Below, in pieces: positions 23,419-36,090 of a stretch of 64,000 bases of DNA. Made by a program: the position numbers and the translations under genes. The notes under the pieces were generated by a model. The model worked only from the letters and a program-made list of their open reading frames with translations, was not told where the DNA came from and ran no database searches. Every line of letters starts with the position of its first letter. Positions within the stretch are counted from its first letter, which is position 1. The stretch comes from Paraspadella gotoi (taxonomy: Eukaryota; Animalia; Chaetognatha), in assembly GCA_051294375.1 (NCBI GenBank), contig CM119269.1, forward strand, positions 5,529,609-5,593,608. The letters run 5' to 3'.

Positions 23419-26400
23419 TTAATCAATCAGTTGGACGAATGTAAAGGGAAAAATTCCTCTTCTGGAAGGATCTCCCTCGATTTGGCCCTCCTTGAAAAAA
23501 AATTGTTCAAAATTTTTTTTTATCAAATAAAGTTTTTTTTTTTATGTTTAACTTACCCACCAACCGTCGTCCTCCGTTTCTTTGTTTAAAACAAGAATCA
23601 CATCGCCTTCTTTGAATTGAAGTTCGTCCTTATTTGTAAAACAAAAGTGGTTAAATCAAAGGCTAAAAGTAAAAATTGAATAAAAACAAAACCACATACG
23701 TCATTATCGGCGTCGCAATCGTAGAGAGCCAACGATCGAACGCGTTCCTACGCAGGAAAAAAAACAAAAAAAAACAAATGACAGCCGCAAAAAATTTGTT
23801 TGATTTCTCAAAAGAGCGCAACAAATATCGACTCTCAACTCACTCGACGTGGAAGTTGCGGCTGGAATGCCGACTTGGCGGAGACGACCCGTCCTTCGAG
23901 AGGGCGTCGGTTGACGTCACCCGCAGGGAAGACAGCTTTGCGTTTAACCGGTGCGAGAACCTTAAATCCCAAGAACGTTAATACAAAACTTAATAATACT
24001 AATAATATTAACAAATCTATACCCTTCCCGTCGAAGAAGCTTGAGCTGTTCTGGAGTTTGCGTCGTTTTTTTGAGGAGCTGTTGTCGTGGAGAGAGGCTC
24101 GCAAAGTGAAAAACTCTTGGCGCTTGATCTGTGATTTAGAGCGTGTTAATGAGAGCTTGATCGATGCAGGAAAAAAATTTAGGAATAAGGGGCGAAAAGG
24201 AAAACTAAGTCGCACCGTAGAAAACCGGGCCCTGCAGCGCCGGTGGAGTTCGACGACGTCGTCGCTTGCGATGAGTCCGACGCCGTAGAAGATGATGCTA
24301 CGAAGGTCGATGACTTCACACAGAATCACGATAAGAAAGGGAAAAGAGAGGGGAAGGGGAGGGAAGGATGCGAGGGGGGATGATTAAGGTTCCTTTATAA
24401 AATATTGCTTCTTTTCGCCCCCCCCCCACACTCTAAGGAATGAGAGTTTCTGTTGAAATGGCCATGCCCTTACGGTAATCAGCCAAGAGGATTATCATAT
24501 GCTCGTCAATCCCTCCCGACTGAGTCGCGGGCAGCGAGGCCGCAGCATCTTGCGGGGAGCCTCCCCCCACGAGCTGGAGGACAGGAAGCGAGACTCTCAC
24601 GGCGAAACTGGAGCTGGAGGCGGCTAGAGGTTGTGCTTCATTACCGCCTCTCGGTCCTTGTCTAAGGACCTCCGCCCCTTATCTCGGTGAGCTGATTTTC
24701 TAGAATCGCCGTCATTGATTTTGAATTTTCATGAGAAGGCATAGAGGCTCAGAAAGAAAATTCGTTGGAAATAGAGAAGAATTCATTAATAAAAAAAATA
24801 TTCTGACACGTATTCGATATGTCGCGAAAAAAAGTAGAGGGCAGGCGGGCGGGCAGGCGGGGCGACTTCAACAGAATTAACCTACGAGTTATGTAACGTC
24901 TGATACTAAACCTTTGGTCGAGGCGCGTCGTTGGCGAGAAAATGGGCCCGCGCCGAAGCAACGGACGCTCGCAGCGTCACGTTCGTCGGCGGAGTCGTTG
25001 TCGTCACTGCTGGGACGGAAGGGCGAGCAATTCCGGAAAACGTTTCCGAAGGAGAAGAGATTTTTCCGACTGGTTTGCCTAAGAAAGATGACGATGAGAT
25101 AATATGATATCAGCTTTAGACGAGTTCGATTTTATTTAATGTCCCACGATTTGTCTTACTTTCAATCGAAGGTTTGGCGACGGAGCTATTATAAACTGGC
25201 GGTGCAGGCTTCTCGAACATCATCCTCGCTGCCTGAACGGCGCCTTCCGCCGATCGTCGACAAGGGCTTCCCTGAGGAAGAAGGAAAAAGTATCGTTTGT
25301 TTAATGTTTATCATTACTTATCATTAATTATTCTGCAATAAATAAAAAAGAAAAACCTCCAAAAGTGCTTTTCCGGGGTCCGAATTGGTCTGACAAACCA
25401 GAGGTTTCTCCGCAGGGACTGGTCGAAGGTGGACGTCTGAATATCAAAATTAGGAAAGAGTCGACAATCAATCGATCGCAATACTTCTCTTTCAAAGTCA
25501 AGTCTTGGCGCACCTTTAGGCGGGAGTGCCTCGGAGACGCTTCTCGCCACTTTCTTCGTCGTCGCCTCCACGCTTGAGTCCCCGTTTCCGACGCCCGACC
25601 TCAAAAGGTCTTGACTCGACTTTCGGCGGACAAAGAGTTCTTCCTTTCGTCGAGACTCCACGTCGACCGACTTGCGACGTTCCACGACGTCGGAGTCAGG
25701 GGAAGAAGACGCCGGAGCTGTCGAGGGTGTGGAGGCAAGTTTTATTTAGTTAAATAAATAGGAAATAAATACAAATTAAAAAAAAAAAGACGGAGGGTAA
25801 GGATGAAGCGAAAAAGAAGCTTTCGGGAGAAAATAAAAATCGAAAATCTTGTGACGAGACTGCTTATTGCTTAATAAAATAATCAAATTTAAGTCGGCGG
25901 TGACGCTATTGATAATTTAGCACTCACTTCGTTCGGTGCTCAAAATCGACTCTCTCTTCCTCGCCGTCGGTCTGAGTTGTGGTCTCGACTCGGCATCGTC
26001 CTCGCAGACTGCCCTCTGTTGGCTTATCGCCGCCGTCGCTTTTTGCGGAGCAGGCGCTGACTCAATAAGGGCGGAGGCCTTTTGGGGAACGCCCATCGGC
26101 GCCTTATGTGGCGGGTCAGTTGGGGTCGCTGAAGAAGCCTTGGTTCGTTGAAGATCCGCGATGACGGGAGTAGAATTCTTTAGCGAGATATTGGAAATGA
26201 GCGGAGTCTCAGATGTTTCGATGCCTGACATAAAATACATAAAATTAGACTAAACAAGAATAGGAAAGTTCAATGTGTCTCAGTGACTTGCTTGTGTGGA
26301 CGCAAATCTAGATTATTACGTGATTACACACGAATCATGATTTATTACTCTCTGTTAAGCAATAATTAAAACAACTGATATTATACACTATACAGCGTTT

Positions 26401-29400
26401 CCTTTTTTATCACGTGACGGTATTTCTGCGTATTTACGTAACCACATAGGTATAAAACTCATGCACAACAAAAAATTACTGATACCTTACCGGTATTGCC
26501 AAGTATTTCATGGATTTTGCAGCATTGAATTTCTGGTTGTATGATCGCTTTCTTAAATAATCATGTAACTGCACACAAATTAAAAATGTTTAAAAAACTG
26601 GGGCAGACCGATGGACATTAGATAGATATCCCAACCTACCGATAAGTGACCTAAAAAAGAGTATTCGCGGCGCTAACTAAAGATAATGATTAAAAAAACA
26701 AACAAAAAAACCAACAATATGTTACCAGTCCTGGCTGTCGTCGGTCGAACGACGTTTTCCTTTGAACCCTGGTCAGCACGATCATAGGACGGTAGAGAAG
26801 GACCTTCGGACTGTTGAGCATCTTCCGCGCCAGTTTCTGAATCCCAAACCACCGGCTCCATAACTTTTTCAGTCACGTTTTCCTTTGAGATAGAAAAAAA
26901 ATTGATGATGGCAGAGTTCGACACCAGTTAAATACGACAAGTAACCAACTTGTTGAATGTCGCGGAAAGGCGGGAGGACGTATCCCTTGCCGTCGGGAAG
27001 GAAGACTATGAGAGGTGGTTTCCCTTTGGCGTCTTTCTTCGTTTCTTCGTCGCCGCGGGCGGGGACGTGAGATCGCGGAAGAGAATTAGAATAAATGGCG
27101 GAGTTCGTCCTGCGAAAATTTTTTTTAGTAAATAAAGTAACACCCAATGAAGCAGTCATGAGCAATAACAAACTTTAAAACAACGAATACAATGTATTTA
27201 TTACGTTAGAAACGCGGACGAAATCTGGATTCCTACCTTCCGGGTTTTCCTTTGGTGACATGGCTGAGAATAGTTTCTTCTCCTTCCGACACGCTCTGTT
27301 GCAAATAGAATGCTCATTTAATTACTCCCTTAATCTTGATTCTTGAATGTTTCCCCTAAAACGTTTTATTATTCACTTGTGCTTCGCGACAAGAAGACTC
27401 ACCCCAGATTTCCTTTGAGGCGTCGATGTCGTCGTCATCGAGTTCATCGGGTTTTTTCTAAGCGGCGTGGCGTAAGATGTCGCCGCCGAAGTCTGAGGCG
27501 CATAATTTAACGTTTACTCACTACAATACTTGTTATTCATATTACATTTGACGTTAACCGTACCGGGGAGAAAGGAGCCGATGAAGGAGGCTGAGGGGCG
27601 GGTCGCTTTTTCAGCGTGCCGTGACCTGTAAAATCGAAATCAATTACTTTTCTTCTGGCAAAAAAAGCCAAAGCCAGAAAGTAAACCAAAAATGGCCATT
27701 TGTTTTTACTCCAGAAAATTTTAAGAATGTCTCCATGGATCCAGGTGTAAAATAGCGCCAAGTTAGATTCCCAAATATAACCACAAAAATTAAAAAAAAT
27801 GAAACCAAGCTCGGGTAATTCTTCCCCCCCTTCCCAATGTTATATTGTAATGGGAATCCTCTAAAAAAAACCCATTTGACATATTAAATACTTGCCTCCG
27901 ACAGAAAACGATTTCGATCTCATTATTCTTCTAATAAAACTAGGATTTATGTCTTTGAGTGGCAAATGATAAATCAAGAAATAAAAATTTTAATGTTTTT
28001 AAAAATCTGCAGTAATAAACCGTTAAAAACGTCCAGAAGCGCAATGCCCAATAAAAATCATTATCCAGGAAACGGCAATGTCGATTGAGCATTTAAACCA
28101 TATTCTCCGCGGCCTTCCCTACCGCTTTTGGGTCGACTCAGCGTGGCGGAACGCGACTGAGACTCGGCGTCTCTGCAGCCAATTGTCCGCGAAGGCGTTG
28201 AGTGCCCCGCGCATTCCTCCTGAGAAGATTTGGGGGCTGAAGCGTCTGACTCGAATGCCACGCCCACCGCTGCGTTAATGATCGAGTCGGAAGTGTGACT
28301 CCTTTTTCTGTAACAGTTATCAAAAAATGAAATTCGAACTAAAGTAAGTCAAAAATAAAAACTCCCTCATTACGAAACTAGTTGCAGGAAATAAGCCTAA
28401 CTTTATTAACCTCTCTGTTAAAACGGGTGAGGATTGACTAGACGTTTGGGCGTCAGACCCCGTGTGCGGGCGTCGATTCTGCGTCTCGTGAGTGGGCGTG
28501 GCACATGAAATGGGACGCCCGTGAGGAGCGCCAGAGCCTCGAGAGGCATTGGAGAGCGTGGAAAGGAGACGCCGCCGCTTTTCGCAGGCGGGTGATTGCC
28601 GGTTGTGCGCCGTCGACGATTCACTGTGGTCGAGATCGTCGTCGGAAAACGAATGTCCTTCATTCTCCAAATCCTAAAAGAATTTTTGAGATGTTAAAAG
28701 CATTAAAACTGACAAACTTACGATAGGGGGCTGAAGAGTGCCATCCGCAACTTCTTTAACCATTCTAGCAGCCATGGAATGGGTCTTGGGCTTAGAACCA
28801 GGCTTGAGGTTTTTCCAGGCCCTCAAGGTCCCTACGGTTCCCGCAGGGTAGGTACCATTGGGGATAGATCCCAGTCATGAGCTGGTGGTATTACTTGAGC
28901 AATGAGCCACCAGGTCACGACTGAAAGAGTCAAGCTTATGGGCGGGGTAAACATATTGCAATGCCCAACTACATTACATTTACAGTAACTATTAGTGCAC
29001 CAGACACAGAACCATGGAATTCACAGAGAACGCTCCTACTTGTCTATAGCTATTAATCCAAAAACCCGGGAGGAAAATGTCCTTCCAGCTTTTCTGAACT
29101 CGAGAAAAATGATAAATATTCATTTAGTAAATTCTTTTTAAAATCAAATATCGCCTCTCCATTGTTAATGTGTCTTCGTCACCTTCCAAGGATCCAAGTC
29201 CCAATCGACGTTGACGTTCTCGAAGAGCGCGGATTTCTTGTCCCCTGCATGTTCCAACAAGTCGCAACAAAGCGAGTGTTCTTTTACTTTGGCGATGTCC
29301 AGCGCCGTGGCGCCCTCTGCGTTCTTCTCCGACAACGAAGCGCCGTAACGAAGCAAAAGCTTCATGGCTGAACAGAAGAGCATCGAGCTTATTTATAAGC

Positions 29401-32400
29401 GAAAGTGACAAAAAAAAAAAAAAAAAAAAAAACGGCAGAGCAGCGGCGAGCCGCAAGTCACATCCGACCAATCGGCAATCCCCCCTTGCGTCTTCACGAA
29501 CCAATCGGAAGAGAAGTAAACGAAGGCGTAAATATAACCCTTAACAATTTTAAAAGGGCCGGCTGGACGTCGAACCACCGGACGCAAAAAAATGTGAAGG
29601 AAGAACCGAGAATGGGAACGAAAATGGGGAAGAGAACGGGAGAGAGAAAGAAGCAACAGGGTGGAAATGGAAATGAGGGATTCGGATCGCATCCTTCGCT
29701 TGGATAAAACTGCGCGAATCTCGCACATTTCTGGTGTGGGATGAAATGAGTGGTGGGGGCGATGCGTATACCATTATGACTCATCCAACTATTTTCTCTT
29801 TATTTACATCGCATGAACAGCAAATTTAAAATTTATATCTCACCCAATCTCGTATGATTTTATTAAAAAATCAAGTTTTCTTAAATATTGTAGTAGACGA
29901 AAAACGTAAATATGTTGAGCCTTCTTTATCCCTTTTAACCATCGCACGCACCTTCAGTTCGATTCAAATTGGCGCAAAGATGCAGCGGGGTGTTGCCTTC
30001 CGCGTCGGGTCGGTCCAAGACGTTGGAGCCGTGTGGCCGCGGGACGGAGGGTTCTAGAATGGATGGTTGATCCTTGTTCTGGATAAGGAAGTCTATGAGA
30101 TGAAGCGTGGATCCGTCGGGGGTGGGTTCCGATTCGATGGCCAGATGTAGGGCGTTTTCGTCTTTTTTCTTTGGGGAGAGAAAGAAAAACAAACTTGGCC
30201 TTTTCACACTCTTTCAAAAAAAAAAATTAATTTCGTCTCGAGTTACCACTACTAAATATGGCCGAAAAAGGGATAATCGAGCCGAGAGTGGTTGAGGCCG
30301 AAAGTTAATCGAGTTTAGTTTTTTAGTGCTGCGGCTTTTAAGTAACTGCTTTGTAATAAATCCCTTACGTTAACTTTCTTTGACTCGCGTTAGACAGACT
30401 CGATTAGAATTCGGCTAAGTAAAAAAAAAAACAATGTTCAGGATAAAACGTAACTTGCCAAAAAGATGAATTTAAAGCGAATAAACAGGGTTAACAAAGA
30501 GAACAGACGAAAAAAAAATCGAGAAGGATCTAGGCTTTTTCGTTTCCTAAATTGTTTCTCCGAGGTTCAACAGGATTACGGGTCAAAATGATAGTTCACG
30601 TTCGCTTCACAATAAAACTAATCCGCCTCTAATCACGAAAATTAGGGCGTTTTCTTTACCGTATTCAAAAGCGGCGTGAACAAATCGACGCCCTCGGCGA
30701 GGCATTGGAGCAATCCCGAAATGTCCTTGGCGACCACGGCGGATTTAAGATCGTGAAGAAGATCTTCATCGACTAAAGGCTCGGGGTTGCCGTCCGGCCG
30801 ACAGGAGGCGCGGTCGGCGTCGACAAGTGACGCAGTTCGAATGGCGTAGCGCCGCTCGCAATATTTGGCGCGGATGAAGGTAGAACGGGACTCCATTGTC
30901 GACGCTACAATATGGATTGAGGAAAGAGGAATAACAAAAAGCAGTTGCGTAGTGATAATTTTTAATTACCAAAACTAAATAAAAAATTAAACCATATATG
31001 CATCTGTCGTTCGACCTTGAGTGAGTTTGTGCGAGGGAGGAAGTGTTGCTTCGAAGATCTCGTTGAAGAGAGCGTTGCCCACGGCCCGGGCGACAAGGAG
31101 TTGCGCAGTTCCAAGGTTATCGATAGCCGTCGATTGCGTCCGCGAGATATGGACGCCGAGATCCCGGTGAATGCCGCAGCACTCCAAGCAGACGAGCACA
31201 CCAAGATTTGTGGAGAGCCATTCGGGATCTGAGCGGAAGAACTTGAGGATAAAAATTCACAAAGCGACCAAGTTATTCGGCCATGGGGACTACAATTTCC
31301 GAACCCGGGGTCCCGCAGTCACAGCAGCAGCCGTTGCCGGGCAGCTGGCGAATCTTGTCGAGAATCCCGTTGCGAAGCTCGCGAACAGAGGAAGACTCCT
31401 CCATTTCCGGTCCCGCACCAGAACTCGCCGCCCCGAAGGCTTTCTGCAAGGCCTCCTCTTTGGAGTTGTTCAGCACGGAGATCCACGCTTAGGCGAAAAT
31501 CGAGATAAGGGTTTAAACAAAGTCGAGAGTTAATTTCTAGCGTCAAAAGCCTCACCCTCGAAGGATTGGTCATCCTCGGTTTGGAAATGGTAGGTGCGAT
31601 TCTTGGCCGAAGATACGAGGTCAAAGTGGCGGCGCGGAGGCGGATGTCCCGCCGATGCCGCCGCATTAGAATCGTCCGTCGGGTGAGGCAAAGGTAGGGC
31701 AGGAAGCTTCACTTGACAAGTGAGCAAATTCAGTTTCGTCGGTTCTTGCGATTCCTAATAAAGAAAAAAAAACGTATCCTTGATTCTCCATTAAATACAT
31801 TATAGTCAACCTAAACGCTACAAAATCAACAATAAAATTCACTCACGTCAGAATGGTAGATATGAAGAAATCCACCTCTGGCCATACACTTTCGTCTTTG
31901 CCACACTCGTCGCATCTTTCCCTCAGATTTTTTAAGAAGGACGCCAGTCTGCGTGTTAAAAAGCGAGCGTATATTGCTTAGATTAAATTTAATAATTAAA
32001 TTTGTACACATACCTTTTCGCTACCATACCCTTTGCTGTTGACTGGTTGGACTGAATAGGCATTGCTTAAAGTATTGGTAGGCTATAGAAAAGGAAAAAT
32101 ATTTCCATTGTATTAATGGACATAAATCCAGACATTTTAACAAGATTAAGCAAGATTTAAAAGATAGCTATCCCTTAAGATTATGTAATACTAATAGAAA
32201 ATCCTTTAAATGACTGGAAAGACTAAGGAGCATTCATAACTTACTGTTGTTGGTTTTGTATTTACATTGCCTACGCCAAGGTTGGCCTTCGATGATAGCG
32301 TGAATGAAAAAGATCATACTTATTCAATTGTTGAGCATTAAGTTTTGAAATTGTTTTAAAGGCAGCAGTATCTCAATTTACAAATACCTCTTTGTAGGAC

Positions 32401-34556
32401 GCAATCGTACTTTTCAACAAGGTTTTCAGCTCATTCAATTTTCGTTTCTCAGCGTCTTGTCTTTGATGGATCAGGTGAAGTTCAGATTTTAATTCTCCTA
32501 TGTTAATCTGAAACTGTTCAACGGTTTTCAATCCATCTGAAGAAGCATGAATATTGAATAATAATTTTTTTAAATCAACAAAAAAATTTAGCTTTGCGGG
32601 ACCAAACAGAAGTTAAATTAACCTTGAACCCACCACTGATTTAAAATATGTTAATTTTAAATTATAATTTTTTATTTTATCAATTTTCTAAGTCTCCTTG
32701 AGCATTAGCAGCAAACAAAATCAAGTTTATTAGTCTCTTTCCTCTTCTAACATAATATTTAAAGTTCGACAATTTATATTTTCACCTTGAAAAAAGTTCG
32801 ATTGTGCGTGGTAGAATTCGACGAGATGTTGCAGCAATTCACAGCCTTTCTTCGTTTTCACTTCATTAACTTTTAGTAAAAATTCACATAATTGCAATTG
32901 GAGAAATCTTCGATCTTTTTCGATTTCTTCCGTCGTTCTCTCCAGCTCGGCTAAAATTTAAAAATATAAATTTAAGACGTCTTTAGTTTATGGTTTATTG
33001 ACTTAAAAATATAGCAATAAATATAGGGTTTTGTATACCTTGATGAGAGCTTCCATTAACACTGTCTTGAGGTTGGCCAGACTTCTGACTATTTAATTCA
33101 AGTTTAGCAATTTGTTTTTTTTCTTTTTCAACCTGTAATTTAATATTTGGAGAAGTTTAATTGATGTATAACTATAAGTAACAATATTTAAACTATCTCA
33201 CCTTCACCAACTTAGCTTCTAATTCTTTGATTGCCTTGTCCAATGTCTTCTTAGATTCTCTTCCTTTAATATCTCCTTTTAACAGAGAATCCAAAGGGAA
33301 TAGAACTATGTTTTCAAGACTTTGAACCTACAATATAAATAATATAATTACTAAAATAACGTTCATAGCTTCAAAACATAAGTATATTTACCAGATTTTT
33401 TAATAAATTCGATAACTCTTTGGTCACAACCGCGAATTTTAAAAACGCTGCACCTAAAAATTAAGAGAGAAATGCGAAATGAAGTATTCGTATTATTATA
33501 TTATTACTACGAATTACGAAAGAAGGGAGCTTTGGTTGTAAACTTACAAAGCAATATTGATATTACAATTTACGAGGTTCAGTTCACAAATGAATGCTTA
33601 TAAGGAGCCAAAGCAGTTATTTACAGACTTGCAGAGAAATAATTCATGCTAATAGATTTAGCTTACAAGATCATGTCATCAAGTATTATTGTGTAAATTC
33701 TCTAAATATTCAGTGGGAAACGACAGCAACATCGGGACTTAACTCGCAAAAAGAAAAAAAAATCTACGCTAAAATTAACTGAAAGGTAAACTGAAATAAT
33801 ATCTAAAAATGTCTAAATTTGTCCTAAGAAACTAAAAAAACGTATAATCACCGATGCAGCTATTTCCATCTATTAATAAAAAGATGAAAGCATTAAAGTA
33901 AGTCGTTGTAGTAATTAATATTCTAAGATTAAGCACACGCATTTAGTTTGAAAAAGAAAAGAATTAGCATTTATATATAATTAAGTTTATTCTTTTTGCA
34001 ATGTTAGTTACGTTAAAATAAGTATTTTTAAATGGTTTTTCAAAAGCCACCAAAACCGCGGACGGCGAAAGTAAAATTTAGCCCGTTTATTCATAGTAGA
34101 CTTTATTTAAGTATTCCTAAACAAACAGCTCACCCAGTTCAGTTTCATTATCTCTTGAAAGTGCATTGGCACCTAATCTTTCAAGATTTTCATATAGTAG
34201 AACTTCATTAGCCGCGTGACCTAGTAACAACATTAAAAGATAGTTAAAATAAATTATGTCTGGCAGCAATCAAAGTATTGAGGACCTACCTTTTCCAGAG
34301 CTAGCTAGTGCTTTTACTGATTTTTTCATCTTGCTAAGGCCAGAACGATCAGTTTCCAACATCTAATTTGGGGGAAAAAACAGTTAGTTTAACAAGTTGA
34401 CTTTGAAATAATTAGTTGCAATTATCGTACCTCTTCCAAGACGGCGATGGTCCCGCGGCAGAGACCCAGTTTAGAGACAAAAGTCGTCTTCGACGGATTT
34501 TCGATGTCATCTTTGGTGTATTCCAAAAACTCGGCAACAGAGAGCTGTTCCGGCAT
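23419..34556 (-). CDS. ASAP1: ASAP-family Arf GTPase-activating protein (BAR, PH, ArfGAP, ankyrin, Pro/Ser-rich, SH3), many exons
   Basis: N-terminus [10 protein letters not shown]...[21 protein letters not shown] domain [18 protein letters not shown]. ArfGAP zinc finger CCDC...[19 protein letters not shown]. Ankyrin motifs ENALHLA and [10 protein letters not shown]3 [10 protein letters not shown]|DELQFKEGD...WW|EG...GIFPFTFV. The low-complexity middle exons are less certain. Confidence 0.9.
26252..26680 (+). mobile_element. HINE-like family 2 element; related copies ~21420-21612, ~46335-46690 (inverted), ~54260-54820, ~59925-60220
   Basis: Shared AAACAA...TTCAATGTG start, TCACGT motifs, (GACA/GACC)n microsatellite and AAGTGAC..AGAGTTGC..AACTAAA end. 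Confidence 0.5.
28731..28973 (-). repeat. Structured ~245-nt interspersed repeat, copy 1
   Basis: Collinear similarity to 60901-61146 in the opposite orientation. Ends in CTCTTCA like the tRNA-bearing LTRs. Confidence 0.75.
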
Positions 34557-36090
34557 CGCATTGGCACGATTGTCCAAATGGTTTAGAAAAAAACCATTTG
34601 CAATAAACGTTGAATACGATTTATGAAATGAAACGATTCTAGTTTTTTTTTTTTTTTCGTGGGCAAAATATCGTCCTACTATCGGCGGATCTGTGGCAAG
34701 AGAGAGAAAGATAGAGACAGAGACGGGAGAGAGCCAGAAGAGCCTTGGCCTCGTCCCCGTATCTCGGCGTGCAGGCGCAGCATCGCTCGTGCGCCCAAGC
34801 TGCATCTTTCTATAAGTATCATTATCGAAGCAAGAGGAGCGCTGAGGAAGACCGAACCGGCGATGTCTTTTGTTCGGTGCCCACGGACGATTTCCTTTTG
34901 GATTCAAGGGAAAAGCTAGCAGCGCCTTCAGGTGGCGGATTGATAAACCATTTTGATTATAATAGCAAATGAACATTAATTTTCAACTCAATGTGTAACA
35001 CCGAGCTTGACTTTAAATCAAACCTAAACTCGTATTTTAAATCCTACACGAAGTCCCGTGATTGAGTTGACGTCTCATGTGGACGGAGTTGCTTGACTTT
35101 GTCCCCTGATCTCTTTTTTCATTTCCTTTTTTGTTCACGCTTATTGTTGACATATATTTTTGAGTAACTCAGCTAATGACGGAAAGTAGACCTAAATTTA
35201 AAACTCTTTGTAGTTTTTTGTTCTTTGAAAGAACTAATTTTAATTACAAATTATTAGGATTCATTGCACAAAGTTAAAAAACAAATCAACCGATGGACGA
35301 ATCCGAGGATTGATATAATTTGGAATGCTTCCGAATAAATGAGCAGTGAAAAACTTTTATTGCAAAAATTAAATTTCTTTTTAGAATAAATGATAAAACG
35401 ACTTGAATTTTATCCGTTTTACTAACAATACTTTCAATTGAGAATAGGCCGAACCGTAGCGTTACAAAAGTCGTTTGGCGGAGGAATTCTGGTTGAAGAA
35501 GGATATTCTTTATAACTGGTAAGATAAGAGTTAAACAAAATGCTACTAAATTTATTGCGCAACAAAGTTTCCAAAAGCTTTTCAACCTTTTTACCTACGC
35601 ATATGTTACATAAATAAAAAACGATGTATAACAAAACTCAGTAATCGTGGAAGCTTGTTAACTCTCTAATTATTTAACGTCACTTTAAATATTACGATTT
35701 GCATTCTTATATCTTCAAAATGTAATTTTTTTTTAAAGTGTGGCTGCACTACTTTACATATGGCTTAATCGTTCTCTACAATTTAATTTTTACACCTATG
35801 TAATTATTATATTATGTAATGACGCTTTTATTATCCAGTATCGCAAATTTTGTTTGCCATTTCGACGTGACATCATTTACTAAAACATGTCCATTGTCCA
35901 GTTTATTTTAAATAATGTAGAAAAGCCAGTTTCATAATGATTCACAAGAAGATCAACAAATGACATAACGTTGACAACAATCTTAACGGAAATGGGGGAG
36001 GGGTTTCCTATCGTCCTTTGTTATGACGATTCAATCCCCAAATTCTGGGATACATAAAATGGAGAGAGAGATTTTCGTTGTCGACGGAGG

